Below are positions 36,957 through 49,990 of a stretch of 64,000 bases of DNA, one piece after another; position 1 is the first letter of the stretch; the number at the start of each line of letters is the position of its first letter. The stretch is from Microbotryum violaceum. Lineage: Eukaryota. Both the position numbers and the translations under genes were made by a program. Location of the stretch: positions 124,001-188,000 of the forward strand of contig CDLV01000020.1 in assembly GCA_001244265.2 (NCBI GenBank), in the 5' to 3' direction. Below the pieces are notes generated by a model. It did not search any database. It was not told where the DNA came from and worked only from the letters and a program-made list of their open reading frames with translations.

Positions 36957-38347
36957 ATGGAGCCACTGCTGTCGTACGGTGCAACGCTGTCTCGAGGACT
37001 CAGGGGCGACCACGGCGTCGTGGGACTGTACGGCGCCGTGCAGCGACTGTTCATCACGTTTGGTCTCACTGCCGGACCAGCAAGTTTCATCATTGGTGAG
37101 TTGAAATGGTTTGTAGCAGTCAAGTTTGGCCGTGGACACGGTGCTCCACATCGTCGACACGTGACTGACCCGTCTCTCATCCATCCTGTGTGCGACAGAT
37201 GCGCCTTTCGGAAGGTGGTCGGACCATTCATTCCTGAGCGTCAACGGTAACTTTGGATGGCTGCTCATGGAACTCGTATCGCCACTCTCGTTTATGGTCG
37301 CCATGACCATCTCCCCGTCATCGTCCATCTCCCAGATCCCCAAAAGCTTTACGTGGGACTTGCCCTTTAGCGTCCTCAACGCGTTCACCTCCCTTCCAAA
37401 AGCTCGAGCACTTCTTTCTTTCATGTTCTTGGTACACTATCTCAATCGAGCCGTCATCTCGACCGTTCGCAATCCAGGACGAGCGCGGATGAACATCGCC
37501 GTCCCTCTCTCGGCTATGCTCTTCAATCTCGCTAATGGAGGGGCAATGGGATTCTGGATCTCTGGAGGTGAAGCGACCAATGGGACGAACGCAACACATT
37601 CATGGGGTCTGCGAAACGACTCGTGGGCCTTGCTTGTATTCGCGATCGGCTTAAACCTGTGGTTGTTTGGCTTTGTGGGCAACGTCGTATGCGACGAGAT
37701 GTTGTACGACCTCAAGAGGAAGAAGGTCAAGAGCAGTGGGAGGACACTGGAACAGAGGAAGAAGATGTCACCCCGCGAGCGTTATTCGATCCCGAAAGGG
37801 TTCTTGTACGATTACGTTTCGCACCCGAATTATTTTACCGAATGGATCGAATGGACCGGTAAGTAGCTACCGCGCCTCCTCCTTGGCCGCGAGGTCACAA
37901 CGCGACATCTGGCTGATGTTGACCCTACCATCCACTAAAATCGGATTATACTGTGAACAATTTTAGGCTTCGCTCTCGCTTCATTGTGCTTTGCCCCTTC
38001 TCCGTTCCCGGGCCTCGCACTCGCCTCGATCGATTCACCGACGTTCAAGACCACGCTCTCATCCTTGCTCGGTCGTTCGGCTTCGCCATATGCACTTCTA
38101 CGAGGTGTTCCTCCTGCATTGAGACCCTTCTCCCAGTGGTATTTTCAACCTCCGATGATCTTTGTCATGCAAGAAATCTTGGTCATGCTCCCCAGAGCGG
38201 TGAGTGCTTTCTGTCGGGATCGGGTGTACCAAAATTCACTCCAACTGATGGCAAAAGTCTCAGGTGTCTGGTCATAAATGGTACCAAGCAACTTTTGGAG
38301 AAGAGTGGCCCAAACGCAGGAAGATCGTGATCCCCGGAGTGTTCTGA
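36957..38347 (+). CDS. 3-oxo-5-alpha-steroid 4-dehydrogenase (steroid 5-alpha-reductase, SRD5A/DET2-like)
   Basis: Spliced motifs APFGR, GWLLMELVSP, HYLNRAVIS, YSIPKGFLYDYVSHPNYFTEWIEWTG and MLPRA|VSGHKWYQATFGEEWPKRRKIVIPGVF*. Confidence 0.9.
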
Positions 38348-38951
38348 AATATACAATCACCAGCCAAGCGGCACCCGATGTACCTACTATTGCAATGGCC
38401 GCACCTACCTACTACCATGTAGTACCGGTCACCTTTGGCATTTAATTGATCATCGCTGGGGCGCCTGCCCAGATGATCTCGAGCAGGAAATGATTGGGCA
38501 AAGATTCCGAATCCGTGTCTTGCCAAGCCGACGGTCGAGGGCTGTAGGCCGAGGATTTGGGACTGGAACATCAAGAACCTAATAAGCACCTTGTTCTGAG
38601 TGAAACATTTCGACTAGGTACCAATAATTTAATGGAACCTCATCCCCCAGCTTCGATTGCGGATTGGACAGCGCCGACACCCCACTTGCCAAGCCTAACT
38701 TTTGATTTCGAGAGCCAATTGATCGCCGCTGACTTGTCAAACCCTGGCCAGGGCTGACGGAGCATTTGTTCTGAAGGCTGGCTCTGGATGCCGGCTCGGG
38801 CAAATTGTGACTCACTGGCTTGAAACCATCAAGTCGGATTACAGCACAGGACTCCGATCTTTGAGAGGCCCACAGCAGGACTGCACTTTTTGTTTGTTTC
38901 ATTCCTTGTTCTCTTCCTTCCATTATCAAGCTCAGCTGGACCACACTCATT

Positions 38952-40587
38952 ATGATGTTGACTCGCACACTCTTTGCCATTTTGGCGATCGCGTCGACGA
39001 CCGTCTCAGCCGCGGTGGTTCCTCCCAAGCTCGGCCCATACGAGAGCTGGGTTCCGACGAGCTCAGGCCGCGTTGGAGCTCAGTCCACGGGTTCGGAACC
39101 ATTCATGAAACCGGCAGTCCCTCCCAAGAACGCCCATCAGCTCATCGACGATTTTACCGATCCCGTGCTCGGAAAAAATGTGTCATATGGTCCTGACCCT
39201 GTCAAGTCGAAAGGTAAGCGCTGTTGCGCGGGCAGGATACATCCTTCGAGCTCCTGCCCGTGGACTGACCTCGCGATTGGCAACCTCCCCAGCTTGCCCC
39301 AAGTACACAGATCAAACCATCACCGTAACCGTTTATGTTCGATTTTACTATTACGCTGCTACAGCTGCTGAATTGCAAGGCAAAACTCCGGGTAAGCCTC
39401 AAGAGTTTTGGAGGATGGGGTCCCCTTAGCAGACCTTCCCCGGAGCGCTGCGGCGATGAGCCAAACGATCAGAATTGAAGCCCGAAACTGATCCCTTCCT
39501 CACCACGGCATCAAGGTTTCTATGGCTACCACTCTCAAGCTGATGCTAAAGCCGCGGTAGGTGCTGTTCATACTTTCCCCACCTCTGTACTCCACTGACT
39601 CCTGTGTGCGTCTCATTTGCAGGTGGCCCGGATCACCTCGTACTACGCCCGGTGGAACCCGAGAATCAAATTCGTCTTGGCGACAGGCACCACCCAGACC
39701 ACTGCTGGCGTATGGTACTGGCGTTTTCCCACTGCGGCATCGTACATGAACCAAGTCGTCGGCAAGACAGATGGACTGGCTGAAATCGCCATCGCCAACC
39801 AATGCCGTGGTTCGCTCGCGAACCGCCCGGCCACTCAAAACAAGCAGCTATGGATCTACAGCGTCAATTACATCAATGGAGGGACACCGGCTTTCTCTTA
39901 CCGCCCGACTTCGACGACCCCTTTCACTCAAGATGGTATCTGGGTGAGTCTGACTGAAACGCCGAATCGGAGAAAGAGCGCTGAACTGCCACTCCTTTGT
40001 TAACACTGGTCAGATCCGTACCGAGTATTTCGAGCAATCTTCGAGCTACCCCAACTTCTACACTCCGACCACGTTGACTCACGAGGTATGCGTACAATCT
40101 CTGCCCAGGTTTGGAGATCTTGCTCGTTCGAACTGACTTTTTGGGGATCGTCTTTTGTTCACTGAAATCAGGCTGGGCACTGGCTCGGTCTTTACCACAC
40201 CTTCGAAGGAGGTTGCGCGGGCAAGAACGACGGCACCGATGGTGACATGTGCCGATGTAAGCTCCCTCCTTCACTCCCCAACTTAGGTTGCATGATTGCG
40301 GCCGGATCTGAAGCCTACTTCTCTTGTGCTTTTTCACAGTGACCCCCAAATGGCCGACGTCGAGCGCCCCAATCAGCTGCCCTTACTACGGCTCCTCCTT
40401 TGCCTCCCAGAAGAACCCCTGCAACCCCGCGGCCTCCGCTGCCGAAATCGAAACCGGCGTCACCAACATCATGAGCTACTCGTACACTCTCTGCCGCAAT
40501 CGCTTTACTTCTGACCAGATGGGGCTCACCTGGCGTACGGCAGTCAATCTCAGAAAGTTCGTCCCTGTCTGTGGTGCTCCAGCTTGA
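38952..40587 (+). CDS. Secreted zinc metalloprotease, family M43 (pappalysin/ulilysin-like metzincin), about 7 exons
   Basis: Signal peptide MMLTRTLFAILAIASTTVSA. Splicing intron 40086-40171 yields TLTHE|AGHWLGLYHTFEGGC (HExxHxxGxxH). The Met-turn NIMSYS is followed by CRNRFTSDQ. Confidence 0.88.
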
Positions 40588-40988
40588 TCGGCACCGAGGC
40601 GGGGGTCGCCTTTCTTCTTGGTCGTGGTGCTTTCTCATATCTGCGATCGGGCTTTTGGTATCATTCAACTCTTCCATCTGGGGCTCACGATTTGGGCTGG
40701 CTTCTGAACTGTATCCTCGTCATTTTTCTTCAAAAATCATGACTAACGTATCTGTGTTGGGGATTTTGCAATGGCATTTGCCTGTAGTTCACGTGCGGCT
40801 TTGGCACCCTGGGTAGCGAGTGCCAAAGGAATACGGGCGTGCTCTACCGCATTGACATCGCCCATAGAGGTGAACAGGAAAAGAAATAAATCTCTACCAT
40901 TGTCAAATCTACAACAAGAAAGGAAGTACTAGCACCAATAACTTTATGTCTCACCGCTTCAACTCAAAGCCACAATGCCGCCAGTTGC

Positions 40989-43900
40989 TCACTCCTGATC
41001 ATCACTCAAGAAGATACTAATCGCCAAGACATCATCCCCATTCGCCCTTCTCAACGCACTGCGGATCTGTTCGGGCCGCGCATAGGGCAAGATGTCGACC
41101 AATCTCTGGATCTTCTCCTTCGTCTCTTCGTCGTCCTCTTCTTCGCGTTCTTCTCCGAGCAATTCGGTTCGAGCGTCCATTGCCTCCGATACGGCGGACT
41201 GCCCACCGACGTTAATGAAGGATGTCCGTTTTGTAGTGCCATTCAAGGACTCGTGGGAGGTCTTGCTCGCTACGTTGGAGGAAATTGATGGTATTGGACT
41301 CGCGGCAGAGACGGGGATTGGGGCTGAGCTGGTCGTGATCCCTCCATTGGGTCCAGGATGAAGAGAACTTGCTCCCCCAATGGGTCTTGGACCGGCCACC
41401 ACGCCCGCAGCCCTCACCGAACTGAAAAGAACCGCGCTTGTCAAAGCCGTCGTCGTCGACGTCGTCGTCGTCGGGCCGGCGTTGAAAGGAGCCGATACAC
41501 TCAAGCGTCGCGGGGGTGGTGTTACGGAAGTAGAGGAAGTTGGAACGGCGGCGGAAGCCGATTCCCGCCTCGAACCCCTTCGTCCTAACGAGGTGAAAAA
41601 AGACGCCTTGTCCTTGATCGTACTCGCAGGTCGCATCGAGAGACTCGTGCTCGATAACAGTTGAGATGTGGAGAACCGTGCCGTCGAACTCGATGAGCTC
41701 GGGAGCGACGATATCCCTGGAAGACTCGAAGAAGGCGAGTGGTGAATAGCTCCCAAAACTCCAGGGAATGGTACCGTCGGGACGAGGTCTTGACGAGTGA
41801 AAGATCCCGGAGGCAATTCCCTGGCGCACGTCGCATCTGCTCGAGTAGGGAAGCTGGCTGAGGACCCCTCATCACGAGAGTGCCGAGGTAGCTGTGAGAC
41901 CGTTTGTGCGCTCATGCCTATATTGAATGAATAGGTTTAATCAGTGAACTGAAGGGCCAGTACCGTCAACAGATAGCTAATGTAACTGACGCTCGTGAAC
42001 TCCATGTTGAATGAAGCTGACCCATGTCGCCATGCCGCTCGTCTCCTTCCTGAGCTCGCGGATCTTCATCGCGTACAGGTTCGCACGCTCACCAGCCGTT
42101 CTCGTCCGCTGGAGATCGTTGATGATCTGCAGCGAGGGCGGCAAAGGCCTTCTGCGCCTTAGCATGAGCCGAGGAGGGCACGGTGGTGGTGGCTCCGGAG
42201 CGGCGAGGGGTGGTGAGTCATAAGTAGCAGGCAGTCCCGCGATAGTGCTAGGCGCGAGCGGCGTTCGATCAGAGATGGAGATGGCCCGGAAAATAGGTGA
42301 GAGAGGTTGAGCAGGTGGAAAGGCGGACTGAGACGACAAAGACTCTTCGCCGACAAAGACTTGCGGAGTCAGCGGCCGGGGCGTGTCGGGCGAGAAAGAC
42401 GGAGGTCCACTCGCAGGCGAGGCACGAGCAGGACTTGACAGTTTGGCATCGAGTCTTTGGGAAGGTCCGGAATCGCTGTGTCCTTCGAGAATCAGGACCT
42501 CACGGGGCGACTCCGGCTCCACGTAGGTCGTCGGCGATGTCGAGGATACCGTGATTCCAAGGGGCTCCGATGTCATGACGGGCGTGGTCATCGGCGAGGC
42601 CATTAAGGGGGACGATGGGACGGGCGGTTCACCGTTCGAGGACTCCGAAGCCGCTGTTCGTGCCCGTTTTAGATCAGCCACAAAAGCGGCTGCCCGAGCT
42701 TTGGCATCGAGCTTGACGCCGCCCAGGCCGAGGGGCGTGATGGAAGCAGGCGCGGAAACAGTCGAAAGATCGCTGCCCGAGGAGCTCCGTCTCACATTGC
42801 TCATCATACCGTCCTCGGCGGTCGCGTCGTGGAATACGTCCTCGCTGCTGAAGCCAGGGCTGGATGCACGAGCGCTGTTGACATCACTTAAACCGGCGAC
42901 CGAACCTGGTCGATCGATCACTTGGAGCCTTGATGCTGAACGGAGGGGCTCGCGCTCGGAGGAAGTGGGTCCGGCAGCGGCGCCCCCGACTTCGACTAGG
43001 GAGAGATCGTGCTCAAGATTGGCAGCGTCAGCGATCGTATTCGTCAATTGGGAATAAAGCGAGGTAGGGTTCTGGATCCCATCTTTCGAGGCTTCGGATC
43101 GTATCGGTGGTCGCTTCGACAACGCGGTCGTAGTCACGGTTGCGAGACGTGGTGTCGCAGCAGTGGGTTGGGACGGACTGGAAGGTGCAACATCCATATC
43201 TATGGGCTCATCGGCTACAGCTGGAGAGCGCACATGCGAAGTTCGGGTGGGAGGCTCTTCGTCCTGGTCAACTTCATGGTTTCCGATCGGCGTTACCGCC
43301 TCGAACTCGCCGTACGACATGGCAAAGTCAGAAGCTGACATAGGGGGCTCGTCGAGGTGACCCCTTGAGAAACGGGACTCGGCCGGACTGAGCATCGTAA
43401 GAGTGCGTCTGGCAGCAATTCGTTCAGCCGCGCCTAGCTCAAACACCTGGCCGCTGCTCGAACTTGCCGTTTCGGCATCGGATTGTGTGCTCATAGGCGC
43501 CAGTGTTTTCGTCTCGTGATGGAATTTGTGCTTGCCCACCAGACTGGCAGAGGCGCGATGTCGGCTCTTCTGCGGTCTAGGTGCGGGCGCAGACACCTGC
43601 CTTTTGGCTTTGCGTTCCGCGGAGATCGCCTGAGAACTGGGGCTGCCGCCGACTTGAGGACTCGTATAGACCATTGTCGAGGTGGTCGGAGACGCGAGCG
43701 GGAGCACACCCACGGATTCGCTGAGAGACTGGCTCGAAGCGTCTCGTTGAAGCGAGGGAGAGGGCTGGCGGTTCGGGGACTTGGGTGGGGTCACCAATTC
43801 GTCCGAGCCGGACGAGGAAGACTTCGGCCCAAGCAGTGCTGGGCGCTCTACCGCACGATGCGAACTTAGCGGCTGTTGCCTTGTAATCACTTGTGGTCCC

Positions 43901-45510
43901 TCAACGAAAGGTGGCGCAAGACTGGGGTCGGAGAGCGGGGAGGAATTTTGTACACGAACCGCGGCTTGCTCGGGAACTGCCGCAGACCCGCTCGGCCGTG
44001 AAGAGGATTGTTCCCTCACATAGTCCGGAGTCGTGGCGCGCGATCGAGCACTGGACGGCCGTTGGGGCTCGTAAGCCGACAGCCTTGCTCCGGAGTTAAC
44101 TACAGTTTGGTTTGAAGCACAGCTATCAGCCTTGCGTCAGGCTTCTCTCGTCAGGTCATGGGGACTCACTGTTTTCGGTAGGTATGTATGCGATCCCGAA
44201 GGAGTTCAAAGCTTGACCGTTCTCGATTTCCTCCGACACAGCTGCAGGAGTCTCGGTTCTGACTGCTTCGAGGTCGGTGGCTTTGAGACTCATCAAGCTC
44301 AATCTTTTGCCGGAGCCAGGTGATGTCCACCACGCCGCCGGATCCCCGTCGACGGCGTCCGACTTGGAGATACTCCTAATTCGACGCATACCGCTTCGAG
44401 ATGCCGGAGGAGATGGCGTTCTCAGACGGGCTGTGGTCACCCTTCCCATTAGCACCGAGTTAGTATAGCCGCTTCCACTCGCCTCCTCGCCGAACAAGGG
44501 CGACTTTGTCGGTTCGTGCTGCAGCGTCGGATCGTCGAGACCGGACCACCCATAGGATTCGGCCGAGTCGGTGTCACTCTTGTCGTCGTAGCACTCCGAG
44601 ACGCCGCTTGACCCGCTCGAATGGACGGTTGGATAAGATAAGTGGGATCTAGAGCCGGCGGTCTCGAGAATGCTACTTGGCATAAGGATTGGAGGCTTGT
44701 GCAGTGGTTTCGGCGTCGTTCCGGTTTTCAGGGAGGAATCCGAAGATACCGAGGCTTCTCGAGATCGAGAAATTGCTGATATGTCTGTTGAGGCGGAAGG
44801 GTTTGCGTATATTGAGCGATCCGGAGTCGCAAACGGTGTACGGTCTCGGTCTCTGTGCGAGGCGCCAGAGGCCCCACTTGGCAAGGTTTGCGAGGCCATG
44901 GTAGGTGTAAGCGGAGAGTCGGGTTGGTGCGCCAAGGGAGTCGTCGAGATCTGTGACGAAGCGGTTGAATAGCTTGACTGAGGCGGGTCGCTCGACGATC
45001 CACGCGCGGTCGAAGCTAGATCATTGTACACGGCCGACTTGGGCATGCGCCTCGACGTCGAAGGCGCCTCAGGGGGCGCACACAGCGCCGACGTTGAAGG
45101 CTGGAGGTGGGAAGAGGATCCTCGCGATCTTGAATAGGACGTGCGTTTAGAAATGGACGCTGCTCGACGGTGCGAACGATCTGGGATCTCGGGTGGGGAG
45201 GTAGATGCGTGGCCATGGCTTTGGACCCGACCGCCTCCGTTCTCGTTCCCGGATGAAGCGGACGGTGACACTGAGAATGAGGCCGACGAAGGGGAGCGTG
45301 ACGGCTGTTGTAGCGCATCGTCTCCTGAAACGGAAGAGACATAGTTTGGAGAGTGCCCAACATAACTGGGTCGTCAGCGAGTTGTAGGGCAAGCGAGCGC
45401 CGTTTCGAGCGAGAACAAGGTTGAAGGATCACTCGGCTTCGGACCCGAGCTGGTGGCCAGTGAGCGGGAGGGAGCGACTTACCATAGCCTGCACCGCGTT
45501 GATACGACAT
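40989..45510 (-). CDS. Large Ser/Pro-rich low-complexity protein with a C-terminal CUE/UBA-like ubiquitin-binding domain
   Basis: Collinear minus-strand ORFs 44156-45271, 41977-44019 and 40989-41915 are separated by intron-sized gaps. A short first exon MSYQRGAGYG is followed by GTAAGT. The C-terminus KIQRLVDILPYARPEQIRSALRRANGDDVLAISIFL resembles CUE. Confidence 0.65.
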
Positions 45511-46378
45511 GTCGCTGACCTCTCAGTCTTGAGACAGAGACTGATGTAGGTGCGCCCAACTGCTCGAGCTTGTGTTGGCCGCGATGGTTTGGTGCACCTC
45601 GCGGTACGGCCCTACGCAGTACCCGCCGCCACCGATGACAACACCCAGGCAGTCGGTCCGTGGTACCGGATTTCGGAAATCACAAGTGCTCGTCACAAGT
45701 GGTCGCGTCGGTGTGTCGGAGGAGAGTCCGCACCCACCGCACGATGCTTGGTCGGGCTGCTAGACGTTCTCCGGCCTGCAGGTTCGACTGAGCGAACGCG
45801 TCCGTTGGCGGTGTGGAGGGAACAAGCCAGTACTAAGTGGTGGGGCAGCGCGAGCGTGCCGGCGCCCGTTTGAGAATTTGAGACTTGACGCCGTGCTATA
45901 ATACACCGTGAGCCATGTCAAGCTGAGCCACGACCAGTGGGGTGGCCCGCGCGCCATGTAGCAACCTAAATCCTAATGCAGTGCCGAGTTGGGGATCTTA
46001 CCCGCCAGTAATTTACAGTCACCGCAAGGTTATTAGCGATCCCTGAAGCTCGTTAGAGCTGAAGGTTTCATTTCGAAAAATGGGTGTATTATTATCTCAT
46101 TTAAAAGCGATTGTAATTACGTCCTTATGCACAGCCAAAGAGGTGCATTCTTGTGCATCCCGCACACACGGCGGTCTCGCTCGGGCCCGCCACAAAAGGC
46201 CAAAAAGAAACAGGAGGCATCCGATGCCGAAAGGTTGGCGCCACGTGCAGTCGGGGTCGCCAACGCCGGGGTCTATGTTACATTCGACGTTAGATATTTT
46301 TAAAAATCACAACAACATTACTGAATTGTCACCATATGCTTGGCTTCACGAATGTCGGTCTCCACCCCACCGTTTTCC

Positions 46379-48766
46379 TCACCGTTCAGCGCACCCAAAA
46401 CTCTCGATTCGGAACGCATCCAAAACCTTCTCGTTCAACCCGATCGCTCTCCACTCGAGCACATCCACCACCTCAATCGTCCCATTGCTACACGTCGTCC
46501 CTCCAATAGTCCTATACACCTTCTTGGACCCGGCCTCGCCGAACGCATCGTCGTCGCCCATCCTCACCTCACCCATCACCGAATCGTCGATGCCTACTCC
46601 GGCGAAACCCAATCCGAGCCAAGCGAAATGATGCTGCCCCTTAATCGAGCGATCGTAAAAGCCCCAATCCTCGACGCGATCTTGGTCTAACGTCCCGCCA
46701 GCGCCTCCAAAGATGGTGTACACCGTCCCCGGTTCTTCAATCACGCCGCCTTTCGCGATCTTTTCCCATCCTCGCTCGGAAACGATTGCTTTCGAGAGGA
46801 CGTCCAGGGACGCCGAACCGTCGACGCTCGAATAGGAGCGGTGCAGCGAGTGAGGCAGAAATCCGCGCGAGTAGGCGTGTTGGTGACCGGACATGACCAA
46901 GTTCGCTCCGTGCTCAGCCCAGAGGGGTGCTAGTCGATGACGAACGTAAACGGACCTTTGTTGGAGCAATGCAGCGTTTAAGAGCTCGTAGTCAGCTTTG
47001 GGATCGAAAAACGCCGAAACCGCCTGCGAGTGAATCACTCACCAGTGGCTCTCCTTCCCATTGGTCCAGGCCTCGGTGTCCCAGAACTCGAGGAAAGGCG
47101 ACACGTGCACAACCACGATCCTGATTGTCGACTTCGTCCATTCGGGTCTCGCAAGTTCCCATTTGAGCCAAAGCTCCTGCTCGACCTGCAGGGCCGAGTC
47201 CAAGTTCGAGTCCAAAACGAGAATGCGACATCGTTGATGGGGCGAATAGGCAAAGTACGTGCCGGGATGGTTCGCCACGGGTTCCTCTTGACGCTCAGTG
47301 AGCCAGGCCGATCGAGGGGGCGAACCGCCGACGTAGACATTCGCCCCCGTCCTGTCCCAATCATGATTGCCCCGAGCTTGAACGATCGGTGTCGTTTGTC
47401 CGAGTCTTATAGGGAGCATCGATGTCATGGCGTCCCAAAAGTCGGTCTGCCACTGCGCAAGGTTGTGGGGGTTTTGCACCTGATCGCCGGCGTGAATAAG
47501 CAATGGAGGGCTAGGAGAGTTGGAGGGGATTCGACGCGAGTAGGCGAGCATCTTGAGGAGCACGCGGTGGAAAGTTCGGACGTTGTACTGGTTATCAGCG
47601 AGCGCACCGATATGGAATGAGGTGGGCTGCGAAGGGATCAGGTGGCCAGTCGCATTCGTCGCGTTTGAATCTGCAGACTCCAAGTTCAAATGGGGAATGA
47701 CAGCGGGTCCGGTCCAATCGAAGGAGTAGCTGGCCAGCACCTTCTTGAACTTGGTCGGTTGCTCGGGATTCGGGTTCTCGGTACCAGCAGCCCGAGGTTT
47801 GACCCACCCGACGCGATAGTTGTACCTACGACCACCCAGAAGTGGTCGCACAATACTGGAATAGACGTATCTACCCGATCCGACCTGTGTCACCTCTACG
47901 GCGACCGTCGACCATCCTTCGAGTGACTTGCCCGCCCGGCGCCCCTTTAGGTCCCCCTTTCTCGATTGGCCGATTTTTGTGCCGTCCAAAAAGGGTTGCG
48001 GTGACCAGGCGAGTATCGCTGGCCTGTCGCAATTCGATTCCCACACCACGGCGACTTGATCTTCGGCCCGAATAAACAGCATCGGCTCCTTCCTCAAGCG
48101 ACAAGTCCACACTAGCTCTTTCTCGTGAGCTGCATCTCGTGCCTTGAACCGCACCATCACGAGCCAGTCGCGGATCGAGTAAATCCAGATCCCGAAAGCC
48201 ATGAGCAATAGCAGCAGTAAAGCCGAGGTACGTGTTTGCCCCATCGACCTCTTGAACCCCAACATGAGCGACGACCTCCGGGACGAGCGTGAGGTTGCGA
48301 GATCAAGATTCGGGCGCTCGCGCCAGCGCATTGTTGTATAAGGAGGCCCATTGTTGAGGCCCCACGCTTCGGGCGACCGAAGAATGTCAAAGAATGGGCG
48401 CGAACGAACCGAGTGCGACAGCCCTGAGATGAATCGATGCATGTCCGGGTCTTGTCCGTGCCCTCGCTCTGTTCGGTTCGGTTGCAGAGGGTCCTCGCCG
48501 CGTCGTCGTCGTCGTCGCGAAGGCGAGGCGCTGGATGCTTCCGCTTGAGTCGCGGAGGTTGAGGTCGACGTGGACGCAATGGGCTCGTCGAGGACTACGA
48601 CTCGATGGCGTTTCGGTGACGACTCGCACCCTGCAGCAGGAGCAAGAGCAGGGTCGTCGCTCGAGGTAGCAGAGCGAAGGCGACCTGGCTTACGCCTCTC
48701 GAAGAACCCTGACCCGACTTGCTGCATGGCGAGTGCGATCGTGTGGGGGAATAAGGTCGGGATCAT
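46379..48766 (-). CDS. Membrane-anchored calcineurin-like metallophosphoesterase (purple acid phosphatase-like fold); start uncertain
   Basis: Motifs LADNQ, HAGDQVQ, ARGNHD, VVVHVSPF, MSGHQHAYSRG and GGAGG.LD. Hydrophobic segment ALLLLLLMAFGIWIY; one intron near 46955-47043. Confidence 0.85.
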
Positions 48767-49990
48767 CGACGGGCTGCGGAGCGAGCGAAGGTGTCGCGCG
48801 GCTCCACGCGGCTATATGCGGCGTGTTGCTAGCGCAACTCAGAGCAACGACCGACCGACCGATCTATACTACTAAGTATCCTAGATAGTCCGAAGATAAT
48901 CGTCGCCTCGTGGCCAGGACTCACAGGCATGCCAGTAGCTTGTTGTCAGTGCATGCCTATCTATGTAGGTATTTATAATAGCATTTTTGGTTCCTCTCAC
49001 AATCTTTTGATCGCCTTTTCAGACTGTTTGGGTTGATAGATCCATTGGCCGAGCTGCCTTTAGGATTCACTGTTGAGACTTATATATCCCTTTCTTCGGG
49101 GATTCGGGAGCCTTCGATGGCCGACAGATCCCTTCTTTGATATACGATAGCAGGTACCTAGGTAGCCCAACAAGGACGTGACTGACATTCGGCAAACATG
49201 ATACTACGACGGAGAGCAAAATAATATATGTCGTTGCCTTTTGTTCCCTCTTGCAAAGAGAATGATAAAGCAAGAAGGGAATAAAAAACGTGGACGGGGG
49301 TCGTAAAGAACAGATGCCAAGGGACTGAACAGAAGGGAGACACACAGAGACAGAAACGCGGACACAGGGATATGATAGGAGATGGAAGGAAGCGGCACAG
49401 ATGGAGCGAAACCCATAAATTGCTGTGATGCGGAGAACGAATTCGGAGGGGAGGTTGAAACGCGCGGGGCCGGTGTTCGGTGGACGTGAAGATGGTGCAG
49501 ACGAGTAGCAGACGTCATATGCAGTGCAGTGGGCTCACTAGCACGCGGAGTCAACCGTCCCGTAGAATGTCACGAGGAGCCTTGGAGAATCGACTGCGCA
49601 GGATGGGATGTTCGAAGGGTGGGGGTGGCATGCGTGCGATTTGTCCCCGTCAAGCTTGAGGGACGGCTAACTATCGCAAAGCAAGAACAGACAGGGACTG
49701 ATGAATTTGCCACATGGACCGAATGGGCGATTGCTGAGTCACATAATGCTGATGAGGTCGGAAATAAGCACGACGATGTACGGATGTACGAAAACTTGCG
49801 GGGAACGAGGACGACGAAGATAGAGAAGACGGCGATGACGACGACGCGGAGCTTGAGGAGACGGGGCGATGCAGGTGGACGGGGTCGAAATTGTATGTAT
49901 ATGGTTATGACAATGCGACGAGGGGAGCGGGAAGATGAGGTGGTCCATGCAGAAGAGTGATGACGCTTCGGCGTGAAAAACAGGTTCCGC

